From Oopsacas minuta (lineage: Eukaryota; Animalia; Porifera): a stretch of 64,000 nt of DNA. The DNA lies in NCBI GenBank assembly GCA_024704765.1, contig JAKMXF010000352.1, positions 1 to 64,000 on the forward strand, given 5' to 3'. Each line of letters begins with the position of its first letter. The first letter of the stretch is position 1. The translations under genes were made by a program, and so were the position numbers. Positions 24,267-37,915 of the stretch are shown piece by piece. Under the pieces are notes generated by a model. It was given only the letters and a program-made list of their open reading frames with translations. It searched no databases and was not told where the DNA came from.

Positions 24267-25304
24267 ATGAAGATATCTGTTACACATATTGTACTCACAA
24301 TTCAAGTCAATTTTTGTGGTTTCATACGTTCATTTGGTATTCGAAAAATTTGCCCTATCCCCGATATGACTTTGATGAATGAAGACTCGTTAAAAGAGAT
24401 GCATTTATCGCAAGGAATACCTCCTAAAGGTGTGTGTAGTGGTGGCGCTATATTTCCAATTGATTCCAGTCTTAAAGGACAACTGCAAAGGGTATGGGTA
24501 CTAGGCGAACCTAAGGAATTTTTCGAAAAATCTAAGGCACCAAGTATAAAGCGCAAATGTATGCTATCTCATGCTTTGATTGCCCGTAAGAGTCGAAAAT
24601 ACTCAAATACACGAGATGAGTATTTATATTCGAGTCACTCTCGGTTGTCCAAATTTAGGTTAGGCCTTATTGAATACGGGTACAATGTATTTTCAATACT
24701 CAATAATATGAATGAACCAAACCTCTACCACCCTTACGATAGAACTCGGAGAATAATGCGTAAGTTCACTTCAATTCAACTGAGATCTATAATTAGAGTT
24801 CAACATCATGGAACTATCATCGTATTTGAAGATCAGGTTGATAGTCTCATTGGATCACGTTCAATTATTCAAAAGTATTTTGCCAAGTTTTTGCATCAAC
24901 TCGTTTTGGAATGTTACAATAGGTACTGGGTAAAGAAAAAGTATATGTTAGTCCCATTTTTTACAGAAATATCTAGTCATGAATTGAGTCCAAGATTTTT
25001 ACAGGATCTAGAACTACAAGATGTACTGTTAAGCTCAAAATTTGGAAGTAACAATATGCTAGTATCTTCAATTGGCGAAAATGAATTATTTGAGTTACTT
25101 TTTGCTAATGTAATTACCGAGGATGGCCATTCTTGTCATTCAGTATTTAATTTATTAACATCCCTCAACAATAAGCATCTGTTTCGGATCGGGGCGGGAA
25201 AAATGAGCCCTATAATATCATTTCTTTTAGGGCAATTACATCAATCTTACGCTGTTGGGATCTTAGCTTTAGAAGATGGTGTGGTTAACTCAATAATGAA
25301 TTAA
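24267..25304 (+). CDS. Uncharacterised 345-aa ORF, probably a host gene or large exon
   Basis: 1038-nt stop-free frame in AT-rich DNA with ordinary globular composition and no transposase motif; possible acceptor (ttag) just upstream. No family recognised. Confidence 0.6.
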   Translation: MKISVTHIVLTIQVNFCGFIRSFGIRKICPIPDMTLMNEDSLKEMHLSQGIPPKGVCSGGAIFPIDSSLKGQLQRVWVLGEPKEFFEKSKAPSIKRKCMLSHALIARKSRKYSNTRDEYLYSSHSRLSKFRLGLIEYGYNVFSILNNMNEPNLYHPYDRTRRIMRKFTSIQLRSIIRVQHHGTIIVFEDQVDSLIGSRSIIQKYFAKFLHQLVLECYNRYWVKKKYMLVPFFTEISSHELSPRFLQDLELQDVLLSSKFGSNNMLVSSIGENELFELLFANVITEDGHSCHSVFNLLTSLNNKHLFRIGAGKMSPIISFLLGQLHQSYAVGILALEDGVVNSIMN

Positions 25305-27753
25305 ATTTATTTTATTTATTTCGATTGATTCATTATTCTTGGACCTAAGCATATCTGTACACATTTATATATACGGTAGGCTTTCACGAACTAAGCATTC
25401 GATACTATTCTACTAAGTTCGAACAAATGTGCCTCAGCTATTGGGGTACAATAAATTACATACTACTAAGCCAACCTTTTTTGAATGTACTCATTTCCTC
25501 CCAACGAATTCTTTTGATAATTTACAGTGGAATATGGGATCGTTTCAATTCAAACACAGCGGTGCCCCGGAATGAGGAGTCACAAATCCACGTTATACCA
25601 ATTTTTTGAAAGGATTCCAAATCATTTTCGACATCATTGGTATCAAAGGTTTTATTTGGTCCATAATGATTTTTGCTAGTTAATTAACAGTAACATCAAA
25701 CACTCCGCTACAATGTATTCTTTCAGTGAATCTCTAGAGGTTTCAATACACCCAGGCTTATCCTTACAACGCTGTGCCAATTACTAAATACATTGTTCGA
25801 ATTAGTAAAAACATTGAAACAATACTATTGGATGTAGGAATACTTATTCGATTGTTGTACAATCGATGAAAATGCTGGCAACATGTACCTATACAGAAAC
25901 ATCACAATTGTAATGTTCATAGTTTTCATACGTTTGGGCATTTATTCTAGAGTTCTAATTTCAATCTTATCATTCAAATAATCGATCAACAGTGGTAAAA
26001 CCTATCGATTTCCTTTCGTTGAAGATTTTGTAGTAATTATCACAGAAAATTGCATAAAATCCATCAACAATTAATTTCATAGATTTCATTTTCAACATAT
26101 GTCTTACTACATTTTGCAAAACAACATTTTTGAGTAATTTATCTTTCAATTAACATGAGAAATAAGTAACCAAGTCTTTCTTGCTTCATGCATGTTCTGT
26201 TTGTATGTAAATATGTTTTGTATTTTGCAACATTTTCAAAGTAATCAAACCCATCACTTAATTCATTAAAATATTCATGAAGTGATTCAAAGGTTTCACT
26301 GCTGTGGTAACAAGTTCCATAACTTCCATCTATTCATTTTCTTATGCATTCTTTCAAGAATTTTATCCCAGAAATCTGTCATAAAAAAGTTTCGAAATGA
26401 GATTTTTCGTCTTGAAGAAAACCGCTTAACTTCATTGAACTGTATAGAGATCGTACCAGAATACAATCCTTTTGCATGAATACATTGATGAAATTTATTA
26501 AAGCGTTTCTATCGTAAGAATTTTGATACAGGAGCTCATATATGTTTCATACCAGAATTACTTACAATGCAATTTCACTATTATTTTAAAGGAGAGTATA
26601 AATTGATATAGTAATTCTATGGTCCCGCATTAGGCTATCATTTAGTATTGTGATCATTCTTTACACTTGTTGACAAAGAATATTGTGTGATTATATTAAT
26701 ACAACCATTAATCTCTAAACTACAGCACTGACAAACGAAATATTTTCAATATATTGCAAATGATGTAAATCCTTCACATTCTACAGCGCTGTTAAAGTTT
26801 CAATGCTTTGATCGATAATCTTGGATAAATTCTTTAGCTTATATATATATACGTGTGGAATTTTAAATCCTTGACATGAGCACGATCTAATATATTTCTC
26901 CACAACTTAAACTGGAAAGTAGTTGGTTTCAGGAAATCACCAGGCCCCTCCTGCCAGTGGGAATTTAGTATGATTTTTTCCTGAGGCAATTTTTCCTCAA
27001 AATCCTGCTAACTGGGATATTTTTCTTGAAATTGAGGTAAGTTTATGTTAGCATCAATGGATTTTCTAACAATACTAATGCAGTGTCAGTACTAGAATTA
27101 TCTCCTTAAGTGCGAACCTTAACAATTTTTCGATATTGTTTTTATGGAAACATCCTTAGAACCCATAGTTTGAATTTATTACAATAAATCCACCGATTGA
27201 CTATCAACAGAGCTTCAAAACCTGCGGATTTTGATTAAGAAATTTGTTAGTGCAATCTGATCTTCTCATTTTGTTATGAAAGTTTTGAAAATTAAATACC
27301 ATTTATTTGGACCAAATTTTAAGATTTTCGATTATGTCCCAATAAATATAGAATTCGACATCTGAACATAGAATTTATAGACCAGGGCCATAATTAACTT
27401 CTATAATCCATTTTATAATTTACTTGATGGACATGACTCATATAATGTAGGTCAAGCGCATAACTAAATGAAATTACATAATGAAATCTCAACGCTTTTG
27501 TGCTTTGTTGAGCAAGTGACATTTAGTGTTTATTAATACCCTTGATTTCGATCTGTAGTTTCCCATATTTCAAGTCATATTGGATATATTACATCATCTT
27601 AATTATGTAAAACCCAAATTTTACAAATTCCAAATAATTAGAATATTTACTAATACTTGGAGTCATTTATTGCGGGTATCAATTAACCAAACCTACTTCC
27701 CAGCTTTTTTTGCCACAAAAAGCTAGGAATTTGTATCTACAATGGATGATACA

Positions 27754-30534
27754 CAAGGGCGTAGCAAGCATAGAATCTAGGGGGGGGTCAAAGCGACCAG
27801 CTGCGAGCGTAGCGAGCATTTTTGGGGTCTGGAGGCTTGGCCCCCAGAAAAAAATTGACTATATAATTTGCACTTATCACAATATGGTACTGTCACGAAA
27901 ACCTTTGTCCTTTGGAATTTCAGTCTGATTTGCAAATTGGTGCACCTTTGCATGTTTTCTGTCACGCCGCTTGAACAAACATATAATATTTACAAAAACA
28001 AAGTAGAATTGATAAAGAATGTGTATACTCTAGTAAAATAATTGGATATTGATAAGTTAACTATCCTTAATCTTAAGAGCTACTCACTAACTATCGATTA
28101 TTTATCTTCATAAAGGGACATCACAACAATATTCTTCTATTTTTCCAAGAGAATTCTTTAAGTACTTCGTTAACAAAACCAATTTCGTCATTTTCAATTA
28201 TTTCCCTATGTATATTCATTAATGCAAGCCCATTTAATCTATCTTCTGACATTGTATTTCTTAACCAATTCTTTAGCATACGTAAAGTAGAAAAATTTCT
28301 CGACGCAACACGTAGTAACTGGCAATGTGAGAAATATTTTATACATATAGTTATAGTTGGAATGAAATCTGATGATTCACTTAGAAGTTTCATAAAAGTA
28401 ATGTGATACGTTTTTGGATCTCTAGCTTTGCAAAAATCAAACCATATAGAGCCCTCATCAAGCCGTGATCGTGTGTGAAATTGGGTGGAATAATGCTCAA
28501 CTATATTAGACAATTTTTGTAAAAAGTCCTATTTTGTTATCTCTTTGAAATACATAGGATGGATAGTTGCAAGTTTCAATATAACCTTATTGTGGCCTGA
28601 AAACCGATTCTTTAATGATGTTATTAGAACAGCCAAATAGGGCATAAAAACAGATGTCTTCCTATAATAATCTTCAGCGTTATCAATATTTGGGTTCGAA
28701 TTATTGCTACGATCTAATTGCCCATTTACAATCCGTGGGAAAGATAGTTCTAGATTTAATTTAGCAGCTATTTCAAGTCCCTCGTGCCAAATAATGGAGA
28801 ATTCACTTTCAGAATTCTCTTTATGTTGTTTAAAAATGGAAATTAACAATTCAACATGTTTACATACTTCACTGAGATCAATTCTTGGTGCTTGAAATAA
28901 ATGTTCGATAGGCTCAATCGCCGCAGGGAAATTTGGATATCACAATAAGATTAATGATAAATGAAGAGTTAAGTAAGGCGGGATACAGGTAATTAGCTTT
29001 TATTTTGTTTCCCCTTACCAATTGAAGGTAAAGTCTTCTAGCGTTCTGACAATATCAATGAAATTGTTATAAAAATGACTCACACTTTTATATTTCTCAG
29101 TCCACCTGGTTTCACATAATGATTTCAACTTTAAAACTCCACTCCGAATTACACTATCTGGAAAATATTTAATGGTAGACTTAATCGTATCAGCTGTATT
29201 TCGTATGGTTGGTAGCCTTGATAGATAATTTATAGCAAGATTCAAACAATGAGACGCACAATTAACGAATATCGCACTTGGATATATTTAAGTATAATCG
29301 ATTTCACACCATTTACTTTTCCAGCCATAGTGGAACAGCCACCATAACCTTGACCAACTAGTAGCTCCATATTTATCCCTAGGTATTTTAAAAATTTGAA
29401 ATTGATTTAGATATAGATTCAGCGGTTAGGTCGGCATGAAGATCTCTAAAACCAAGAAATTCTTCCCGGATACATACTCTTCCTTCACTTTCACCGATGA
29501 ATCGTACGGCAACTGACAACTGTTCGTGTCCATTTATATCTGCTGTTTCATCAGCAAGCACTGTAAATCCAACAGAGGAGTTTCTTTCTCAGACAATCCC
29601 TTTCACAATTACTTGACCGCACTCGTTAGTAAATCATTTTGAATGGTTGGTGACAAATATTTTAGCATTCTAATTTCCTGATACATGTGTTTTCTAAGTA
29701 TTTCGTTCCCGCATCTATACGAAAATGAATGAGCTTAAAGAATATACCGTTTCTTCAGTCTTTCCACGAAGAGGGCAACCAGTTGTTCCACAAAAGATGA
29801 TAGTTTTTATTATGGAAATAATTTTGGAACGATTGTCTTGAATAGATTTTGAGAAATTGAGTTTAACTGTTTGTCAACTTCGGGTTCATCTAGTTGTACT
29901 CTCTTGAGGAACCCATTACCATATTTGTTGTTCAATATGCCATGAAGTATTTTCGTGAGCTCGGGCATCACTGTGAAAACCATTGTATTTTGTCATAGGA
30001 GTAACAATCAAGGACCCTGCAATAACCCTTCGGATTGTCGGAGAAAATATCATACAATGTTTACAAAACCCACCTCTAACAACTTCGGATAGGACAACCA
30101 TGAAAATTCATTCAACCACTCTTTTCTGAAAATTCTCCCTTTCTTTTGAGTCTTCTTTAAAAGCATAATCAGCAGGAGGAATCCAAGTGTCAAGAGACAG
30201 TTTTTGCTTCACATTATAAGGAACGGTTTTGCTCACATAATTCCCAATATCAAAACTATCAACATAATTCTCAATTAAATTTGTATTTGTATAATCAATA
30301 GAATCTGTTCTCCGAAAATTGTCAACTTCACTAATAGAATTCCCATTGGAAAAATCAGTCTGAGAAAAATCGATTTGAAGATGTTTTGAGGTGAAGAAAT
30401 AACGAATATTCTTCGCCATATCAGGTAAGAACCTCACGCTTCTAATTGTATAAAAAGAAATAACAATTATGACTGGTTAATAACTTATCTACCTTAGCTA
30501 GGGGGGGGCAAATGCCCCCCTGCCTACGCCTATG
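27754..30534 (-). mobile_element. hAT transposon (ZMYM1/THAP-P52rIPK-like, Tip100-type), decayed
   Basis: Ends CAAGGGCGTAG / CATAGGCGTAG (rc). ORF pieces: GGFCKHCMIF (TTF-type Zn finger), LCETRW, and RNFSTLRMLKNWLRNTMSEDRLNGLALMNIHRE (dimerisation domain). No matching TSD. Confidence 0.85.
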
Positions 30535-30827
30535 TCGACTGGTTGCCTGAGAAGACAACCATAAACAGTGATTATTACGTTGACGAATTGAAAGAATTGC
30601 GTCAAGCGATTAAACGTGAGATGGGAGGCAAGTTGACACGTGGCGTATTGCTGCAACATGACAACGCAAGGCCCCATGTAAGCTCCAAGACAATGACTGC
30701 AATTGACGACTTAGGATTTGAATGTGTACCTCATCCCCCGTATAGTCCCGACCTGGCTCCCAGCGACTACTAGCTGTTTCGAGAGATAAAGAGACCTCTC
30801 CGGAGAAGAGAATTGAGGATTTCAAAC

Positions 30828-33800
30828 TAGAGCTGTACCGGATGTAAGGTCCTAATCCGGTATCCGGCGATATCCTGATGCGGCCGGATATTTATAAGTA
30901 ATTTACGATAACGGAATTAGAGTACTAGAGCACACAGCTATTATTTGTAATTAAATAATGAGAGATTCTTTTGAATGAATATTAATCGCTCCCCATTTTC
31001 TGGAGAAGAGAGCTGCATCTTTCTTCGAAAATGATCCCTGCAGTACTGAATAGTCTCAACTGTATATTGAACTTGGTGGAGCCAATAAATATTTCACAGC
31101 AACGGAAACTAAATTCGAATAGATAGCCTCATTCCTTTTCCACCAAAGTACAGTATGTCCCGAAAGTTTTACCTATTGCATTACATATTATATTATAGAC
31201 CCTTAGTTCAAAATAATCTCACTAACTAAGATATACATTATTTTTATGATTGATATGTGTATTTAGAGAAGGGTGACTTATCATTTTTCCCAAAGGCATT
31301 ATATTCTTCTCGATTATTTTGTAATTACCAATTTCTTTTTTTCCTGGAAATTAAATGTCGAATTTTGGGAATCCCAGAGCAATTATCCTACGTTCGAAGG
31401 CAATAGCAATGTTAGAAGCTGGAATTTCACAGAATAATGTTGCTAGACACCTCGGAAAGTCAATTAAGACCGTCAATAACTGGTGGAAGCGGAAGAAGCG
31501 CGGTGAAAGTCTCGAAGACAAACACAGATCTGGAAGGCCGTCTTCACTAACAAGAGTGGCCAAAATAGTCATTGCTAAGTCTATCGGGAAAAGACACCAG
31601 TCAACCCGAAAATTGGCGGAAAGATTAACAGCTCGTGGCCATCAGACTTCGAAGACGGCAGTACATCGCTATTTGAAGGAAAGCCTAGGTCTCAAATGTT
31701 TCAAACGGCCCCGAAATCCGAGATTGACAGAAAAACAATTGGTTCATCGACTAACATTCTGTAAAAAAGGCTCAATTGGTCATCTAAGGAGTGGGCAAAT
31801 GTAATTTTCTCCGACGAATCTCCCTTTCATCTTTTCGCACCTTCAAATAGACAAACAGACCGGGTTTGGGACTCCAGTGCTAGAAATATTCCTCCAAAAT
31901 TGATGGTATGGGTCGCTATGTCGGCTAATGCTGTGTCGGAACTGCACATTCTTCCTCAGAAATGCACTGTAAATGCAAAATATTATGTGGATAACATGCT
32001 AGCTGGGCCATGTAAAGCTGCCTTTGCTCGTAGGCGATTGAGAGGGACGATTTAGCAGAGGAGATTTTGTGAAAACTTGTCAAAATCAATCTTTCAACAA
32101 AATGGAGCCCCCGCTCACACATCGAAATTGCGCCAGGAATGGCGTCAATTGAATCTTATTGGTTGCTAGGGAAAAGAAATATGGCCAGGCAACTCGCCTG
32201 ATCTTTCTCCGATTGAGAATTTGTGGGCTGTTGTTAAACAGAGCTTGTCAGAGATGCCATCAGCGACAAATCTAGAAATGCTGGAAAAACCTCAAAACAG
32301 TGTGGTCTAATATCAATCCGGGCTTAGTTCGAAAATTGATAGATGGGATGCAAGCAAGAATGAGAAAATGTGTAGATATGAAAGGAGGTTATATCGGAAA
32401 GTAATTAAACGCCTATGACATGTAACTCTAATTATATAGGTATTTATTTAATAGGAAAAAACTTTCGGGACATACTGTAAGGGATCTTCCTTATCTAGGG
32501 AGTAATGGATCTTTCAAATAGCATTCAAGTTAGAATTTATAATGATTTTCTTGTATATTCTGACTCACCCTAGGACTAATGCTCATCTGCTCGTCCTCAA
32601 AATATGATATTTCTTTCTCGTAATCTAACGCTCCACTTAGAATCTCATCATTGCAATTCTTGATAGAATCATGAATTTCTTCCCTTAAAGATTTCTTTGG
32701 TGGTGGAGATTCACAGCTATTGATGTCAGTTATCAAATTATCCCATATATTTGAGGGCAAACTAGCTTCAGGTCCTACATCTTTCTCCATCTCCGAAATG
32801 AGCATTTCCTTGATAGTATCGAAATAGTCTTTCTATTGAATTGTAAAGAATGAAGTCTTGAACCTGGGGTCAAGTATTGTTGCGATTATATAATGTTTTT
32901 TGGTAAATATCTTTCCATCAATCACAAAACGGGCCACGATAGATTTCCTTAATTCATTCTTCATTGTTTGCACTCCTTCATCATTTTCCTTTTTTCCAAG
33001 GTATCGTAAAAGAACTTGTACTTCGACGATGACTTCCGAATTAGATATTGAAGTGGAATTAAATAGTTTTATAACTTCCTCAATTGGTTGCAATAATCTC
33101 AATATATTTTCAACTAAATACCACAGGTATAGAGTAAGGTTTGTAATTCCAAAATCATTTGAATACATTGCAATCGCTCTTCTTTGCTACATCAAACGTT
33201 CTAGCATATAAAACGTGTATTCCATCGAGTTCTCACATCTTGAATTAGCTTATGTTGTGGAATTCCAAGCTCATTTTGAATATCTTTGAGACGATTTGTT
33301 GCTAAAGGTGAGTGATGAAAATGACCAACAATGTTTCTGCTAACATGTATAATATCTCTGATACTTCTTTGTGAGAAAATGCTATCGTTTAAGGCCAATT
33401 GGAGTGTATGTATAAAACAACTTTCGCTTTCAATATTAGCTAATTCCGCACTTAGGCGGCATTATCGCGAATGAGCAGATGATCTTTGATATCGGAAATC
33501 TTCCAACCCTCTTTCATATCTTGAAGAATATCAGAAATGACAACTCCTATATGACTACCTGGAAAATGTTTAACATTTAGTACATCCTTCCTCTGAAACG
33601 ATAGATCTATGAAGTGACCAGTTAAACTGATATATGACAAGTTTGAATGCATATCACTCCAAATATCGGAAGTAAGTAAATGTGGTTTGGTCCTTGAGAA
33701 CCTGTGAGATATATTGTGCTAGTTTTTCATAAATTTTCGCAATTATCTTTTTTGAAAGTACTTTCTGCTTGGAATTTCATATCACGGAGAAATATGGCTG

Positions 33801-34548
33801 ATCAACCTATTGAATCCTATATTCTCAACTATAGAAATGAGTTGGCTATCAATTGCTATCATCTCCCGATTCGATGGTGATTTTCCATTGCACGAGGATC
33901 AGCAATTTGTCACTTTTTTTTTTCGAATGTCTGGTATAACGTTTCTTGAAAAGTTGCACTTAGATCTGATTAAGAATGCGCGATCAGAGGAATACTGGGT
34001 ATGGTTGATTCAATAACATTTGGTGCATTGTTGTAAAGCTGTTCTGGCTGTAATCGACATGTGGGAAGAGAAGATTTTGATTTGTTAGCGAGTATAAATA
34101 ATTCTGGATGGAAATTTTTCAAATGATTTCACAGTGGTAATGTACTGTATGTTTAGGATTCTTCCCACGTGAAATTTTTGCTTCACACTCACTGCATAGT
34201 GCTCTCGAAGAATCTTGTTTAGAAATTGAGAAGAACGACTAAATTTCGCTCATATGGAATATGGAAATACATAGAATGAAATATAATATATACGATACCC
34301 CAAATATGATATCCCTTAAATATTCACAAGTGCATACATATCAATGTGCAGTGTACTTAATTATCTACTATTACAGAAACCTAGCAGTGAAGAAGCCCGA
34401 TCGCCCACAGATAATCTAATTTATACACCTTGATCTTAAATATTCTGTGATACAATTCTAGCAGGATATCCGGCCGGATAACTGGATAGTGGGTCACCGG
34501 ATACCCAGATCCGGCAGAGTAGAAAATCTCTAATCCGGTACAGCTCTA
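30828..34548 (-). mobile_element. hAT transposon (ZBED4/Ac-like) with BED finger, decayed
   Basis: 16-bp TIR TAGAGCTGTACCGGAT; perfect 8-bp TSD TTTCAAAC (30820-27, 34549-56); motifs SLTGHFID, DVRTRWN, ATILDPRFK and DPLLWWK; start ~34253. Confidence 0.93.
31151..32477 (+). mobile_element. Tc1-like DD37E (TRT-type) transposon nested in the hAT
   Basis: TIR CAGTATGTCCCGAAAGTTTT with TA TSD; ORF from 31355 with RSGRP and FSDES; QQ(D>N)GAPAH..WPGNSPDLSPIE gives a 37-aa spacer; frameshifts. Confidence 0.9.
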
Positions 34549-34756
34549 TTTCAAACGGCTGGAGTATGAAATAATACAGTAGGAAAAAGGGCCCTTAAAG
34601 AATTCTATACCACTTGGTTGGAAAAGTTACCAGAAAGATGGAAACGATGTATAAAGATAAAGGGGGAATTTATCGAAACATTCAATAATCAATTATGATA
34701 AGTATGGGTGTATTATAAGAATTATCAAAAATAGTCTCAATATTTATTGAACCATG

Positions 34757-37700
34757 TACAAAGCGTTTTCACTAAATTTCAAATCCGGGGAATAGTAAGT
34801 GAATTCCTGGGCTATATAAATATTTGATTGTGAATTTCACATTTCGCCACATAGAAATTGTGAAACTAAACCATACAAAGAGTTTTCAGTTAATTTCAAA
34901 AGGGAGGGCATATTCACTGCAATACTGAACTATACTAAGCCTCCAGTCAATTTCATATTCGGCTAATAGTGAGTGAATTCCTGAATTATACAAAGATTTG
35001 ATCGTCGATTTCACCCTTCGCCACATAAGAATTGTGAGACTAAACTTATCAAAGAGTTGCCTGTCAGTTAAAATTGTGAGCACATATTCATTGCAATTAG
35101 GGTTTACAATCCTGGGATTCGGGATTGAGCTGATGCTGAATCCAGGATTGTATATTATGCCCTAAATAATTTGCTTAAGTTAATACATACTTTATGAAAT
35201 TTATTTGAAAAGCTTTAATGAATAGATAAAATTATCACTACAATAATGAAGAAGAAAGAATGAAAAATAAATGAATGTAATAATATTAAGTATGTGATGA
35301 ATATTGATAAGAATTAGTGAATATTTATTTAGGAGCGATTGTTTCTAATAAATCAAAGATTGTCCAGCATTGTATCACCAAGTCTACTTCTGAATCTATT
35401 GCTAAGGTATGCACAAGAGGAAAATACACGTTCTGCCTCGACAGAGGTTGGAGGAACTGTGAGTAGAATTTGGTAACTCATTTCCAAAAATGCCCTCTCT
35501 TCCCAGTCTGTTCAGCTATAGTAATTTCATATTTTAGGATAGATGACAATGATTTCTTTGGATTCGTTGTCTGTTGACTGGGTACCCGTAGAGATGCATC
35601 AATTGCTAGTTGCAGCTTCTTCGCTCTTGGTAAATCACCTGGATCTGGACTTTGTGAATTTACCACATTTACTTCATTTTCCTCCAACAGTTTTTCTTCG
35701 TCCTTCGCTTTCCACATTAGTCTTGAAAGCAAGTTGTTGCAAAATGTCGTTATTAAACATCTTTTTCTAGTTGTGCTTGTGGATTGTGTAGGCATTGTGG
35801 AATTACAGCTGCATCTTTATACCGCTCCTGTACCATGCGTTGATTAATAGCTTTTTGGATTGCTTCATTAAGACTTGAATGGGAACTTAGTGACTCATCT
35901 AATAGAAATTTAATAGTTGCTTCTGTCGTAATCAAGTTTGCGTCCCGTTTGCATAGTGCCTCTAGTGCAGCATTGATTGGCCCCAGAGAGTGGATTATTC
36001 TTGAGATTTCCGTAATTTCATGATCGCTAAGATTTATCACTTCCTGAAGGTCCAACAATACTTTTTGAAAAGGCAGCTTAATCTTGACTATTCGTTCAAA
36101 CATATTCAATAATGAACGCCACCTAGTCTTACAATAGAGTATCAAATTTAGACCGTTTGGATAAATTTCCTTCACATAACGTTGTAATACATCATTTTTC
36201 AAAGGTGAGCGTTTAAAGAACTTGGCAATTGTACGTACCTTATTCGCTAACTCAAGAATTTCAAAGCGTAGACAATTCATATTTTCTTGAGCAACATCAC
36301 CTATTAGGATTAATCCAATCAGTCTCATCATCTTCATCCGCTATTTCTAAATCACCTTCTTCATCAGTTTCATTCGCACTTGAATAATAGGAATGTTCTC
36401 CTATGTTACGTGATTTAGAATAGAAACATCTTGAATTACAAGTTGAAGACCATGTGCATAACATAATTGCTAGAATGGTTGTATTTACGTCCGACTTTTC
36501 TCATCATGGTACAACCGTCTGTTGTTATAGCTATAATATCAGATTGTAAATCCATTCCAAATTCATTGAGCTTCATTGATATCACTTCGAAACACTTTTC
36601 TACCGAAAATGTATCTCTTATCCTGACCAATCCAAGTTTCCAAAAGGATTCTTTGCCGTGTATATGGATATTTATATATCTTCTGTTTTGTAAAGATGTC
36701 CATTCATCAAAAGTAAGAGTAACTTTTCATTTTTCGATTTACTAGTCCACAAACTTCTGACAACTTTCTAGCGTAAATTATCAGCATTATTCATAACTTG
36801 TGCTTTTAATCCATTGACAGAATTTGGTTGAGAGTGGTCAAGAGCACTAAGAGATTTCTTAGGTCGGACGAAGTTACAAAGATATTGAATAAAAGGCCAT
36901 CATAAGCAGTCATTCTTGCTAGAATCACTGATGAAACGGTCAAGTTTCCCCGCCACATTATGTTGGAAATATGGTCTGAATAACTGCACGAGCTAGTGCG
37001 TTTTAGTACATCAATCCCATGGATACTTGTCAAATGAACATGCAAACCTTTTGATGATCCGCCATCGCACTTGGTCACTTTCTTGCAAATTTGGCATTCA
37101 GCAAGTTTGGAGCATTGTGAACGCTTGAAATGCTGCCAAATCTCAGCGCCTTCAAATTATCGAAAGATAATATTTTCTGCCATCATGCAACAGGTAACTG
37201 GTATTGAAAGAGAATGTAGTTTTTTGACTCTGACATACAGGTATAGATTAATATATATATATAGTGACATCATACTTATAATTGAATACATGATTCTAAC
37301 CTATTATTATTTAACACATGTACAACTATTAGTAAGGAATCATGTCTTGATTTACAAGCGATTCGCATCAGTGAAATTCGGAGAGTATTCATCAAAAATA
37401 AATTGATCCAAATTTCTAGGATTATATTGAATCCTGGGATTGAGGTTCCAATCCCGGGATTGCAAACCCTAATTGTAATACTGCAATATACAAAGCTTTT
37501 TCACTCATTTCAATTTTCAGCACATTGTAAAAGAATTTCAGAACTATGGAAAGCTTAGATAGTCAATTTCTACTTTCGCCACATAAAAATCATCATATCG
37601 AACTTTACAAAGCGTATTCACTCAATTTCAAAAGAGAGGACATATTCACTGCAATACTTCAATATACAATGCTTTTCACTCAATTTCAATTTAAGGCATA

Positions 37701-37915
37701 TTATAAAAGAATTTCTGAACCATACAAAATCAGATAGTCAATTTCTACATTCGCCACATAGAAATCGTGAACATACACTATATAATGAACTGTCGGTCAC
37801 TTTCAAAAGTGAGGACATACTCGCTACAATACTGGACTATACAAAGCGTTTTCACTCAATCTCCAATTTCGGCAAATGGGAAGAGAAATCCTGAACTATA
37901 CAAGGATTTAATAGT
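34757..37915. repeat. Diverged 58/174-bp satellite (pieces 34757-35097 and 37472-~37915), split by a hAT
   Basis: TTCGCCACAT recurs at ~174-175-bp spacing (~34843/35017; ~37575/37750); sub-units TATACAAAG..TCACTCAATTTCAA match the reverse complement of the 14978-16155 monomer. Confidence 0.8.
35098..37471 (-). mobile_element. hAT transposon (ZBED-like) with BED finger, decayed
   Basis: TIR TAGGGTTT(A/G)CAATCC; 8-bp TSD ATTGCAAT/ATTGTAAT; motifs EIWQHF..CQIC..LHVHLTSIH, ITTDG, CKTRWRSL and ERVFS; start ~37183. Confidence 0.92.

Larger units (their letters stand above)
30535..34756 (+). mobile_element. 3' half of a DD34D mariner, split by a hAT insertion (pieces 30535-30827 and 34549-34756)
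   Basis: LLQHDNARPH..PHPPYSPDLAPSDY, continuing after 34556 with RWKRC-like sequence; 3' TIR ..TATTTATTGAACCATG followed by TA. Confidence 0.85.

Noticed and set aside
24267-25304. ORF as mitoribosomal mL37/mL65 or as the missing Drosha N-terminus
   Set aside because: Only faint local resemblance (NVITEDG; QLRS) with the wrong spacing; no RS/Pro-rich or Drosha Cys motif.
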